Part shown: positions 1 to 13,608 of the stretch, piece after piece
Numbering within the stretch: position 1 is the stretch's first letter
Layout of the letters: each line of letters opens with the position of its first letter
From: Balanoglossus misakiensis
Taxonomy: Eukaryota > Animalia > Hemichordata
Direction of reading: 5' to 3'
Assembly: GCA_040954595.2 (NCBI GenBank)
Contig: CM082597.2
Location: 7,093,849 to 7,157,848 of the forward strand
DNA: 64,000 bases
Notes under the pieces: generated by a model
Told to the model about the DNA's origin: nothing
The model's input: the letters and a program-made list of their open reading frames with translations, nothing else
The model's database searches: none
Translations under genes and position numbers: made by a program

Positions 1-1034
1 GTGTTAGAAACAACAACCTGGCTTGTCCTGCATTATAGTCACGGTCAACTGTAGCCATGTCGCGGTTCTGATTTTCAATCACCTAGGACAAACTTGCAGC
101 ATTCATCGCGGATGTGACTTTTGTGTCAGGCAGTAATAGATATGAAAGAATATCTCTAGACGGCTTGAATTCTAAAAATAAATTGTATCAATATCAAACA
201 CCTATTCATCACAGATCGCTATCAAATCAACAACATACATCACCCAGATTGGTAAATAATGCTTGTTTTATTAATAACACGCCTGTGTCCAAAAAAAGCT
301 CAGCATCACAAAGGTCAGACAAATAATCACACACTCTCGAGATGTCAAAGATACTGAGTATGGGGTGAGATCCCCGCCTGAAAGATGGCGACCTAGATAG
401 AGCATGTAGATCGAAGGTGTTCATCGAGAGCCAAGGTTTCTCAGTGACGGTGATCACCTGACTTGTCTAGATCACAGCGACACGCACCCCCAAAAGACAT
501 ACATGTACTAGTATACTGTTAGACAGTTACATGTAAACAACGCCGTTGAAATATGATGCGGACGCCCGGGAAGTATACAGGCACTTGAAATGGATGCTGC
601 CCGCCCATGTCCTCGCCCCTCGCCGCTCCTAGCAGATCCCCCCATTTCGCTCTCCCCTGTGACAGCACAAGTCCACGAGCACCTGTGCCCTCGCTATGCT
701 ATCCTAGCAGGCGAAATCCTCAAAAATAGCGTAGACGCCAAAATCAAAATTAAAAATTTCACAAAAGCACTGGTGAAACATTTTCTTGTTGACCCGGTAG
801 CAAGTTTGACTCGTACTTTCTTGTTTTCAATTGACGGGATATCCCCAAACAGCCTATTTGACCCCAAAATTTACATTTGAAAAGAAAAGGTCGTGTCAAA
901 AGGCCGGGAAATGGTGAGTGGCGCGGCTTTCCGGGCGCGTCACTGGTCAGATCGCGTTCTACATATTAAGGATATGTTAATTTTTATGCTAATAAGCAAC
1001 TCCTAATATAGGTAATCGATGCGACTGAATAATT

Positions 1035-1240
1035 TAGCAACTAATCATAGAGCTGCTAATAATTCAGCACCAAATTTTTCACCTACTAAGAATGCGGCAC
1101 CTAATCATAACGCTGCTAATAATTCAGCATCAAATATTTTACCTACTAATAATTCGGCACCTAATTATAAAGCTCTGAAAAATTCAGCGCTAAATCGTTT
1201 ACCAGCTTATAATTGAGCACATAATTGCTAATAATCAGCA
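1035..1240. repeat. AT-rich minisatellite (~15/30-bp unit, ctaataattc(a/g)gcacc)
   Basis: Tandem degenerate units; shorter than the paralogous arrays in units 2 and 3. Confidence 0.85.
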
Positions 1241-2301
1241 CATATCTATGCAAATAATGATATAAATGGTCAATAAAACTAAATAGCAAAAAGCATTAAT
1301 CGAATTATTTAGTTTTGGCGGGAATCTCACCCCATAACTGAGAAGCTAAGAATGGATGGTGGCCATAGAAACTTGCATTGTTGACAGACTGATATTGATA
1401 AACAAGTATGCGCAAAACAAAAAGATGGTAAACCTGTGTTCAGGTATTGTAAATAAACATATTTACGTCAAATTGGATCATGTAAGCTTTGTCTCCAAAT
1501 TCAGTCAAACTATTATTAAACAATAGTGTATGGAGTTGCATGCAGAGAAATTTATTGGACTATGTACCGGCTTAAACTGTCCAAAGAAGTTGTTTGATGA
1601 ACAATATTTCCATAATCCCTGTGAGAATCATGACAGCTGGGGTAAAAAATAAAATACTGAAAATTTCTTCTTTTTTATTAATATTTTATTTACAATTTTC
1701 CAAATAATATACAATGAAATCTGACAGTTATATGTAAAATTCAAGCAACAATTGTATTCAAAATTTTGTACATTAAAAGAAAAATTGCATGACAGTGATT
1801 TATGAAACATGACAATCTTTTCACAACATATATAAAAATAACAGATTAGGAAATTAGTTCCGGAAAACAATCTTACATTGACAAAAATAATAAACATACA
1901 TTATAGAAAATACAAGAAATTATGAAATACTAGTATGGCAATGATTTGAATACTTGTGCTGAAATCCTTGAAATATTATAATAATTGCTAGTTCATTATA
2001 AAATGTCAAATAACATTGATAAAACCTTGAGTGATCCAGGGCATGGCAGTTTACATGTAAAACAATAAAAAAACATTGTTCAACGGTAGATATATATACT
2101 TGTACCTACTTGTGGTAAAAATGTGACTAAAGTTATACAATACCAGGGTATACAGGAATGGTTAGATTTCTAACACGAAACTTGGACACTGTCTCTCTAT
2201 GGCTGTATGTGAGCCAACATGAACTTTTACAATATAGAAAAAGTCAAACTACTTTCTCACACTCTCATCACTATATACACATTCGTGCACATAAGTGCGT
2301 T

Positions 2302-2308
2302 CACACAC

Positions 2309-2356
<48 letters not shown>
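2302..2356. repeat. (CA)n microsatellite in the NLR1 3' region (paralogs ~16615-16692 and ~31638-31660)
   Basis: Direct reading. Confidence 0.95.
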
Positions 2357-2360
<4 letters not shown>

Positions 2361-2602
2361 CATACATATGAATTCTTATGTACACAATCTTTATATAATA
2401 CAAAAATATAGTATACAGTCTGAATATAAACATTTATACACATGAAGGTTTTTGGCAACTTTTGCTCCACCTCCTAACATAAATGAAAATACAAATTAAA
2501 TGGTTTTGATAATGAAGACTTATTCATTATCTGAAACCAGTAGTTTTGCTGAAAGGGTGTTTCTTTTCTGTTTGGTTATTATTTGATATTACAGGTCAGA
2601 GT

Positions 2603-5600
2603 TCAGGTTGCAGTCAGGACTTTCTGGCCACAAGAGGTCACAGTAACTGTGATATGGTCACCTTTCAAACACAGAATGCGTTCATCATCTGAGGATGAGC
2701 AACTATCATCCACGACAAAACCACCTTCCATCAATGCATCTTTCAAGATGTCTACATTCCCTGGTTGCAATGCATCACAGAGTTCAATCTGAAGTTGACT
2801 TTGTCGATATTTATCAGATTCTGGGATGCTGTCAATCAAAGCCTGAGTACTGCCATTCAGATCACAACCTTTGAACTCTATGTCTTCCAATGACTCTTTG
2901 CTGATCAACTCTTTCCACTTATCTATGCAAGTGTCATGTGATGGTGTTTTCCCATCAATGATGCTGACTTTGGACAGACATGGCAGAGCTCGAACACATC
3001 TACACACATTCTCTATTGAGAAAACTCTTGAATAGGATTGTGTTTCAGAGAACAGATAACCAGGGTGTTGAATTGTCAGTGACTTCAGTTCAGATGTGTC
3101 TGACAGACCCCTACATAGTCGTCTGTGCAATTCAGTCAAACCCTTGTTGTCTTCTAGTAAGATAGATTCCACCTCAGTGACATCACTCTGTTCAATGAAA
3201 TGGTTGGATTTAGTCTTGGTGTCGACTCTGACAAAATTCAAGGTACGTTCACTGTCTAAATTCTGATGATAATAGGCTAAATCTGAAGCATGACGCAGTG
3301 TATATTGAAGTTTGATGATTTTGGATGAGTTGTGTCTGCCATACACAGTTAAGTAATGACCTTCAAATTCCAATTGACCAACAACCATGCCAGCAACCAC
3401 AAACCTATCAATTGCCTCTAATATTCTATTAGCACCACATAACCAGCCATATAACAAGACAAATGTTTCAACATGTTGACATTCTTGAACAATATTGCAA
3501 AAGGCCTTTGCAAAACTATAATTGCCAATGCACCCTGAAACGTAGGTAAATGTCTGGGCATTCACCAGAGCCAAACTATGTAATATTTGTTGGTTGCGAG
3601 GCCAGTACAATTTCAACCAATTATCACTCAATCTGATGTTGTTGAACCTAAGTAAATCCGAAAAGGCCAATATGAATTGTGTCACAACACCAAAGTTCCC
3701 CCAACAGAATTTGCAGGAACAATGAGATATATCTGCATCTAAGGAAATGCTCCCCTCGTCTGTCGACAGACAATCAGAAAGTACTTGATGAAGACTGATA
3801 GGGTCACAACTTGATTTGCAAATGTCAATTAAAAATTCATGATTTCCAATCTTGGCGATAATCTTGCAGTGAGATGTTGAGCAGAGTTGACAGTTCCCAG
3901 GGCAACTAGGTTGAAAGTGCACTCGTTTTGGCGTACTTGGTTGGTATTTCTTTAACGCATTATGTATAGTTTTGATGAAATCTAACTTGACATATCCTAC
4001 TACCAAACTAACTTCTTTGGCTCTAAATTTGAGCAAGTCTGCGATTATGCCAGTGATACGACAAATACGTTCATGAATGGAAATGGTGTAACCCGTATAA
4101 CCATCAATTACCAAGGACAGCTTATTAAAATTGACTACAACATTTTTAAGCATTGCTTTTACATCAGACTCAAGGTTCTTGTCTCCTAAGTCACATCTGA
4201 TATCCATGTCCAGTGAAACTCTATCACTATCAATGGATGGATTCTGTGAAAACAACAGAAACTGGTCAAGGAAATCTAAACTGTGTCCATACATCTTGTA
4301 ACACCTGCTAGAAAACTCGTCAAGTTGAAACCTGGCAGTGAGATTCAGAGTACTCTTTTGCATTCTCATGTATTCCTCCAAAGAAAATAAACCAAGTGAT
4401 TTATTCTCACACAATGATGAATGCAATGTGTTTAAGAATGCTATGCTGCAGCGAGGTGGCAATTTAATGTGAAGTTGTTTGGCAGTAATCTGTGATACAC
4501 ATTGGACCAGACCAATGTTGTACATCAAGTCATCTTTCAAGCTACAGTAATGTATGTAACTGACATCAGATAAGTCTATTGACAACCTACAAAACTTTAC
4601 CAGGGCCACTCTTCTGTGCATGTCCTTTATGCCAGAAATGTACTTGTCTTCCAAATGACCTAAACACATGTCCCTGCACATGATTCTCATGTCTAGAGTA
4701 ACTTGATCATTATTTATAGATGCATACTCTGAAAGTGCCTGATAAACACTCACAAAATCAAAAGTCTTGCCATCTGGAAAGAAGTGGATTTTAAACCGTC
4801 CTAACTTGGCAGTATATTTCTGTATATGTACATGTCTGTCCCACTGCCTCTGGTTACCATCACAATAGAATTCTACATCAACTGACCTGATCGACCTACT
4901 CTCACACAAAACTGCATATGCAGTTTTTATGAATTCTATACTGTCTATAGGTAACCTCCCTATGACAAGATTGTTGGCAGTAATCTGTGACAGACATTGG
5001 ACTAGGCCAGAAAGATGAGTCAATAAGTCAGGACTTTGTTGTACATGTTTAGCAGACATGCCAAAATAATTGTTGTCAGTTTGATCAAAGTATTTCAGTG
5101 ATAAAATGTTGAAACCAACTGATTTTACTCTTTGCAGCACAGCCTGTACACAAGCTGCATACTTGCAGTTGTCCTTGAAATAACACTCAATATCCATGTC
5201 TAGTTTAAGTCTATCATTATTCACAGATGCATTCTCTGAAAGACACTGATGTAAACTCACAATATCAAAATTCATGTTACATGTCACATAACTGAAATTA
5301 AAATGTGCAAACTTTGCCTTAATAACCAGTTGGCCTATCTTCGACAATTCCACACCTGAATCATAAAATTTAACATCAACTGATCCAAGAGACTTATTCT
5401 TACATAACTGTGTATGTACACCTTTTATGAATTCCATGTCACACCCAGGGAGCCCTGTAATCTCAAGCTTGTTGGCAGTAATCTGTGACAGACATTGGAT
5501 GGCATCTGTTGTGGCAACAAAAAAATCAGTTTCTGCAGCTCTTGAAACATAAAATTCCAATGACAGGTATTCATAATTAACAGAAGTCACTTCTGCCAGC

Positions 5601-8600
5601 AAAGACTGTATATCAGCTTCTATGTTCTCATTATTGGAATCACAACTGATTTTAATTTCCCGTCTAATTCCGTTTCTGTTAATCTTACCATATTGAGAAA
5701 GCAATTCGCACAGATCTGAAAAATAAAAATCCCTGGTATTCACAGTGTAACTGCCATTAAAGCAACTGTGCTTCCCCTCAACATCAAATGTACTTCTGTC
5801 AAAGGATCTGAAACTAGTTTGCCCTGACCTGAACTTAGATTCGACTTCAATGTTGACTGATCCAAGAGACTGATTTCTACACAATGATTCATGTACAGCT
5901 TTTATGAATTCCATATCTCCGAACGGTAATCCATAAATACAAAGATTGTTGGCAGTAATCTGTGACAGACATTGGACTACACCAGTAAGGCCAAGATGAC
6001 TGGACTCTTCATCAGTATAATAATTGAATCTCAATGATAAATTATCAAAATCAACTGATGTCACTCCTCTCAACAAAGTCTCCATGACAGAATCACTGTT
6101 CTCATCTTTACTATCGCACACTATTTTCACCTCTAGTATAAGTTTCTCATTACGAACAGATGCATACTGTGAAAACATCTCACATAAACTTGATAAATCA
6201 AAATGTATGGTATCTATCGCGTAATAGCTTTGAAACTGTCCAAACCTAGCTCTGACGCTCAGTTTGTAAGAGTCTTGAATCTCTCTGTAGCTTTTCATAC
6301 TGATATAACCCTGAACTGATTTGAAACTAGCATTCACATCAACTGACCCAAGCGACTTATTCCCACATACTGATGCATGTACAGTTTTTATGAACTCAAT
6401 ATCACCTACAGGTAACCCTTCAATGACAAGCTTGTTGGCAGTAATCTGTGACAAACATTTGACCATACTTGTCAAAGTGTTTATGTCTATGTCAGTACTT
6501 TTAGAATCAGAATATTTCAAGAATAGCTTATAATGGTCACAATCAGCATTGATATAAAGTAATGTTTGTTGGTATTGTTGACATTTAGCAAAATTGACTG
6601 ACACATGGTTTATCAGGTTGGAAACTTTCTCAATGCGTACAAGTTTCATAACTTCACAATACTCAACAGGTAATCCATTGATATCAAATCGTTTAGTCAA
6701 CTTTGACAAACCTTGTACTATACACTTCATATTATTCAGATGCATGCTTTTCATGTTTGAATTATCATAATTCAAAACCCTCACTTTAATCCCCACATAT
6801 TTTCGATATTTCAACTCTTCATCTCTGGCAGTAGTGACACTTGCTTCTCTCAATATGTCAGAGGATATTTCATTTATAAAATCAAAATTGCACGCAAAAT
6901 TTTTGTCATTGCATTCTTTTATATCATATTCTATATTTATAATCAATTTCCGGCGTATGTCCTCATTATGCTTAGTTTTGAATGAGTCTAAACATTTTCT
7001 GAATATATCTGGTGTAGTAGAATTTGATGCAGACATCTCCAATGCGATGATTTCAGAACAAATACTTGGGCATTTCAGAAGCACTGTGTTTACATGTACC
7101 ATGTATTTGTCAGAATGGTTATCCATGGTGTTAATTAGGTCTATCTTCAGATCTTTGGGTAAAAACCTTGCACAGTGAACAATTGTTTCCTCAGATTCAC
7201 AACCACTTTCATATAACATTGGCCTTGCATCAAAGGATTTATCTGAAAAAGGCCTACTCTCCCAAACCTTAAATACTTCACCAACATTGTCTTGCAAGTG
7301 ACCACCAAGAAACTTCAACATTGCATCATTCCTATGTAAATAATCTCCATCACTTAAAAATGCAACAGAATCTTCAAAATCTTTGTGGTTACTATTGCAT
7401 AGATTGGAAATGTGCAATGAAGCAAAGTATTCCTGAAATGAGAAATGATAAAAGTTGTAGCTTGGAGGTCGAGAGGTTTTTGTCAGAAGTCCCAATTTCT
7501 GTAAGTGTTGATGACCTGAAATTTCTTTCTCACTGAAAGAATATTTACCAGACTTCAAAGCAGTATATGAGAGTTTACTTAAGTAGAGAATTTCATCCCT
7601 GATTTCATCACTATTTGGATCAATAATGTTATCTTGTTTTTCACAGTATCGTTTTACAACATAATCAATTAACTCTTCATAAAGTTCTGTGATTGTGTGT
7701 GGTAGTTTCTTTGTTTCCATCCAAATATCACACAACATCAAAGTATTCAAAGGACTCTGCAAAAATCCATACAAAATGCTGTAATGGGTGGGTGTGTTCA
7801 ATTCATTGATAAAACTCTCAACTGTTTCTGGTGTTATAGTTTCATCCATTGAAGACATTGCATTTAAATGCTTTTTAATGAAAGCTTCTGCATTCTCTGT
7901 ATCAAAACCCTTATTTAATAATTGTCTCTCATACATCTGTTTGGAGTTCTTGTCCCTAATTTTCCGAGATGTTACAATTACTGGGCAGTCAGGCAGCAAT
8001 GGTCGTTTTTCTCGGATCATTTGCTTAAAGTACACTGGGAGATCATCAGTACTGACTTCATCAAGTCCATCAAAGACAAAACACACTTGTGATTGATTGC
8101 TTTCAACAAAACTCCATATCTCATCTGCTCCTTCGACATTTTGTAACAAACAATCAAAAACTACATCTTTAAGACTTTGTTTCTGATTATTTTCTGAATG
8201 GTATTCATGTAAATCTTTCAATTCAAAATGAAAAAGAAGTTTGAAACAATTGAGAAAGTTTACATTGCCGTTTGCCCAATCATATGCCAACTTTTTACAA
8301 AGAGTTGACTTACCATACCCTGGATCACCTTCTATTAAAATTCGTCTTGGATTTTGACAATCATCAGTTCCTGTGAATAATTCTTGTATTGCAAAATCTC
8401 TTAAATGTCTATCTTTGGTTTGTAATTCTAACTCAATGTAGATATCGTCGAGTTTCAATCTCTCTGTTCCATCCCACCATGGTAAGGGGAGAATGTTGGA
8501 TTGTCTCTTGTAGTATTCTTGCAACTTTTGCTGGCACTCAATGACAACATCTGAAATTATTATCATTGAATATATATCTGTATTACCACTCACAAGAACC

Positions 8601-10717
8601 AAAGTATCATGGTGCACCAGCTAGCATTTCATCAAATGTGATTTTTGAGCATTTTATTTGGATGAAATGGCCCCTCAACATCTTTGAACATCATTGAAGT
8701 GATACCTGATTAAAATTTTTCAAGCACTGATAACAAAATGATGGATGGGCTCAGATGTCTTTTTTGTGGTTAAAACCAGGAAATCTAATTCTCTCACCCA
8801 CTTGGACCAAACCATAGTGGTGAAAGGGTTCAACCAATTCATGGTGAGAAACGTACCTGGTGTAGTTTTCATGGTTGGCATATTCATGGTTGGTGTATAA
8901 TCAGAAGTGCTTGGTTGGTCATCCTGTTGAGAATCTATCAAAATAAAAAAAATAATGTATAATCATTTCTCTTCTTTGACACAAATTAATCCATTCATTG
9001 CAGCTGTTGTAAATAAAAAAACATTGATACATTCATAAGCAGTAGTTACAGGTAAAACTAAATTATAATATAGAATTTATTATCTAACATTAAAATACGT
9101 ACTATTCAAATCTTGTGTCTTTTTGGACTATAATTTCTGCACATCTTTTCCACTGATGATTTCTAAAGTAAGTTTACCTGCGGTTGTAGTGTCCTCAACA
9201 GCTGGATCAGTTTGTTGCCTAGGTGAAGGTGACTGTTGTCTTGATGTCAAGGGATAATGTGCATGTTTGTCTATGTGGTGTTGTACACTTGTGGTTTCAC
9301 CTTCTGGATCTTTCATCATTGTCTTCATCTCTATCTGTGTTGCAGCTGAACTAACTGCACTGCTAGCAGCAACATCACCGACATATGAGATACCTGAAGC
9401 ATGTGAAAAATCACATTGGGGCATTAATTGTGTCTGGAATTTTTTTAAAGTATATTTCAATTTAATACTTTATTAAAGCACTTTCTTTGACCACTATTTC
9501 TTTTCAAAATTAAGTTTTCATTTCACCTCCATATGTTTGGCCACCAGGTCTTAAAATTAAATGATTGCATTCAAAACCTTATGAAGGATAATAAAACATT
9601 TCTGATGTTATGTTAATGAGGACATCATCTAAACATGACCCTTTGCTTTGTGAATGACACTTTTTTTATAAAGGGTCAGATGAACTCAAAATGCATGCAG
9701 TGTGTTTCAGTAACTTTGACAGAGCTAAAGGTATAGACTGCCTACATCACTTCATCTATTTTCGCACTGAAACTTGTGTTAGTGGCCACCTCTATATAGT
9801 GGCCACTTTGTCCCTGAGCAAAGAACATTTGTCCATAAAGGCCAAGAAAGCCTTGATTGGCCTCTATAAATTTAATTCTGGTTGAACATTAAGGGTGATT
9901 ACGGTATTAAATGCAAATGTACACTTGTTACCTAGTAAATTCTGCAAGTCCTTACCATAAGATTCTATGGTGGATACTTGAGTCTTGGACTCTGCTTCTC
10001 TTGTCACTTCATCATATGGATAGTCTTTGTCAAACTTTTTCTCATATCGAACTTCCACATGCTTCGCTAACATGTGAAGTCCAGCATTTTTCAAGAGCTG
10101 AATAAGAGTTTCAGGTTCATCCCTTGATAAATGTCCAAATTTTAACAACGTTTCAAACAAAAGAAATGCACGTTTCTCTCTCAGAATTTCTTCCCTTTTA
10201 ACTGCAGGTATTGAAGGATCCAATAAAGCACCCAGTCCATCAACCAATTTAATCAGGTCATCTTTAATGCATAAGAGAAAAGAGTATACATTAAACATTT
10301 TCCCGAAATAATGCTCTCCTGAAATACAATGTAACAGTTGCAATCACTGTCCAAAATTCAATAATATTGAAACTTTAAGACATGAAAAAGTTTCTTGACA
10401 AAATATCTCTTGTTAGCCGTATGGGATAATATCATGAAACAAAATGACTTGGATACATGTATTAGTACAAGAAGTATGAGTGATTCTGTATGCGACCATG
10501 TATGCATACGCTATCCTTGTGCCAAGTTTGCATAAAAATTAGTTCAGGCTTCTGTGAGTTATAATGTCTGTGGTCACAGCCCTGCATGTTGAAAGATAGA
10601 TATCCATGAGTGTCTTCAAGTGTCACTGGAGTAAAAACATTCAAATGTACACTCACCATCTACAATATCATCTGCCAGCCTTATTAGATACACCTTAAAC
10701 AGATCAAATCCTGCCAT
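2603..10717 (-). CDS. NLR-like protein copy 1: DED - S/T/P linker - NACHT - ~160-aa super-repeats (about 2202 aa, 5 coding exons)
   Basis: Coding exons 10657-10717 (MAGFDLFKVYLIRLADDIVD), 9956-10261, 9178-9393, 8857-8934 and 2603-8550, all with GT-AG phase-1 introns that join in frame. Exons 1-2 fit the DED pattern (F..L..L..DI..DDL..L; IP..KREEI; LFETL..GHLS.D.PE.L.QLL). NACHT motifs: Walker A GDPGYGKS, Walker B FVFDGLDEV, sensor-1 VIVTSR, SPL, winged-helix FYHFSFQEYFAS. Confidence 0.88.
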
Positions 10718-10922
10718 CTTTGGTTATATTTCCAACTCACTTCAGTGTGTGGAGTTGATCTTCAAACAATTAACAACAGAACGCAATACATCTGTCACAC
10801 CTATCAAAGAACATATAAGTGTCAAGTTTAAAAAATAGCAGTATCAAGTAGGCATGTATTGTTTACTTTTGCTTTGATTTCATAAGTTACACATCTATAC
10901 ATATGTTTTCTTCTCCAAATAA

Positions 10923-11767
10923 GGGACCGTTCAGTTTTGACGGCTGGGAGGGGCCGGCAAAATCCAGGGGGGGGGGGGTCACTAAAATTTTGAAGTCCAA
11001 AAAGGAGGGGGGTCATCTTTTTTTTTAAAACGTTAAGGGGGGGGGGTCACATACTTTTGCCACAGAACTTTTGCTTTTTAGTCCACAAAATTGCAGTTTC
11101 GCGCCTTTATTTTACAAAATTTTCTAAAAAATTTCCCGCCCCCTCCATTCTTTGCCACATTTCATTTATTGGTTGGTTTAGCTAGTGTACCAGGGCAGAC
11201 AACTTGCCATCCCACCCCAACATTTAGTTAATTTGCTTTTGAGTTTCTTAAATTGCAAATTCGAGCACTGTATTTTACAAAATTTTCTTATATGAGAGGG
11301 GGTGTCCCCCTTCATTCTTCGCCACATTTCATTTATTGGCTGGTTTGTCTATAGTGTACCAGGGCAGACTACTTGCCACCCCACCCCACCGATGCTTACT
11401 TTAAGTGGAGTGGCAAAAGTAAAATTGGTCCTCCCCAACATTGAGTTATTTTGCTTTAGAGTTCATTAAAATTCAACTTTGAGCTACATATTTTACAAAA
11501 TTTTCTTATCTGGAAGGGGGACACCCCCTCCCACACCCACCCCTTCATATACTTCAATTACTTTAAGAAATTTATAATTGAGGTGTTAGGAGCCTCATTC
11601 ACTTTATTGCATACAGTGTACATAGGATCAGGACGGCCAATGTTTTCAGCGTGGGGGGGGGGGTCATCATACTATTGGGCCTGGGTGAAGGGGGGGTCGG
11701 CCTGATTTTGAAAACCGATGACACAAACTTGCACCCCCCCCCTCAGCCGTAAAAACTGAACGGTCCC
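10923..11767. mobile_element. PIF/Harbinger-type MITE (TAA TSD)
   Basis: TAA|GGGACCGTTCAGTTTT ... AAAACTGAACGGTCCC|TAA, with poly-G/poly-C subterminal tracts; absent from units 2 and 3. Confidence 0.8.
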
Positions 11768-12223
11768 TAATGTCTTATCAACAATGTCACATTATGGTAA
11801 ATACATGTGAATCGATTATGTGAATCTAACAGCATTCAGATAATATTGTTGAAAGTTGAAATCGTTTGTCAACAATAACAGTGGCCCCATCACGCACAAA
11901 CATACACACTGCATTAACTCTGGTTTATTTGCATTTTCACCCTGACAAATTTCACCCAACAATGTTCTTGTAAGCTTCTATTCACCCGCGAATTCCCTGT
12001 GACACTGTAGACCAATCACAGTCTGTCTACTTTACCAAATGATCGCGGACCAATCAAATGTTTTGTTTCCAGTACCTTTAGGTGCAGTACAGCTCTATCT
12101 GTCCACACCAATATGTTTCACGAGAACTGACTAGACTTTCAACACAAATATATGAGACTTCCAGATTTCTGAGCGAGGCCTGCATAGTCTGTGAATTTTC
12201 TTCAACAACCATTAATACAAGTT

Positions 12224-12815
12224 TGTGAAACACACCACGCTGGATTGAGGTAGAAGTAAGGCTTTTAATACCCGAACAAGAAACTCGCTTAACAAAACTT
12301 AATAAATTACAGAGAAAAACACAAGTGTCAATAAATGAACAATCAAACTAAAATACACTAGTCTAGCTATTCAAATAAAAAACGCTAATCTAAAATTGGG
12401 AGGGGGCCCCTTCAGTCAAGCGGTCGAACCTGGCCCTGTGGGTGGATCCATCCTGACAGGCCGAAATGTGAGGGAGGTTGTGCACTTCCCGAGAGATGGG
12501 GGTCAGGATGAAATCCAAGGCAGACCGCTGGAATGAAGGGGAGAAAGGAAAGGTGGAAGAACGGGGTGGAGGTGGGAAAGACGACGTGACCTGGCTCAAG
12601 CAGAGAACTGAATGAAAGAATGAATGAATGGGGAAACAAAGGACGGCCAGTCTGACGCTAAGGGCCGTGTGCACAGGCCAAGCTGATTGGTCAGAAACGA
12701 AGCAGTAAAGGTCAGCACCAACGGCGCTGATTGGTCGAGGAAATGGAGGTGGGGCTAGTGAAGACCACCTCGGTGTGTTCACAAAAAGCATCTGTGACAC
12801 AACACAGATTTTACA
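12224..12815 (-). mobile_element. Candidate solo LTR (~590 bp)
   Basis: Insertion relative to units 2 and 3 (caagatttgataatg). TGTGAAA...TTTTACA ends; two CCAAT boxes and an ATTAAA near the 3' end on the minus strand. TSD not clean. Confidence 0.5.
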
Positions 12816-13447
12816 TTTGATAATGATTTCCCTCTAACAACACACATTTCTTCGTAATTTAGAATTTAGTACAAGGAAATAGAAATTCCATAAGTAACCT
12901 CAGATGACCTCTGCAATACCTCTGTATACTTTATCACACAGGTGAACAATTACAAAAAATCATAATTTTGGTTCTCTTTTCAATTATATCCTAACCTCAT
13001 GCACTTATTTACACTGTCCTTTCTAAAATTTATAGCATTTATACAAAAAATACCATAATAATCGCTTACTTTTAGTGTGTGACGACTTGCAACTGCAACA
13101 CGAACCACCTCCCTAGTGTAATGAGTTACTAGTAGTGAATTAATTATTAACATTAATAGTTTAAGATTTGCTATGATGCCCTCTACAGTTGGCACTGCAC
13201 GCTACTTGCTCACCAAAAACTTTGTCAACGCTCAGCTGTTTCAACAGATCATTAAAAGACAGAAAGAAAGTATTGTTGAAGTCACAATAGAAACGAAGAA
13301 ATTCTGTGGAAAGATATAATGGAAACCAACGATCTTCAGTGAATTCTACAAATTAATATAAACAATCAACTGACTCATTCTTCATGTAAAACTACAGCAT
13401 TGACCCACATGTTACTGTCCCTTGACTGGCCACTTTAATTATATATA

Positions 13448-13608
13448 CAGTAAAACGTGTCTATAGTGGCCAGTCAAGGGATTTTCCTAAACTGGCCTTT
13501 ATAGACAGGTTGCCTTTATAGACAGGTCAATTAATGTGCATGTAAATTGCAAAGGGACTGCAATAAACTGGCCACTATATAGAGGTGGCCACTAACACAG
13601 GTTTTACT
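13448..13608. mobile_element. Tc1/mariner-type MITE (copy at 25670-25831; fragments near 9770-9880, 39980-40040, 45500-45650)
   Basis: TA|CAGTAAAACGTGTCT ... ACAGGTTTTACT ends; internal ggcc(t/a)..tatagac/gaggtgg subrepeats. Confidence 0.6.

Noticed and set aside
114-880. Repeated short ORFs in the inter-gene spacer
   Set aside because: Not preserved across all copies (indels, TE insertion) and no recognisable motifs.
6024-8096. Plus-strand ORFs overlapping the NACHT exons (and equivalents in copies 2 and 3)
   Set aside because: Antisense shadows of long coding exons; conserved only because the units are duplicates.
8551-8617. ORF-track starts (GTG 8617; ATG 22939, 37849) as true initiators
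   Set aside because: They lie upstream of a conserved tttcag acceptor that joins in frame to the DED exons.
8620-8705. Possible extra exon after the cag acceptor at 8706
   Set aside because: The phase-1 reading hits TGA before any good donor, and the region is disrupted by a MITE in copy 3.
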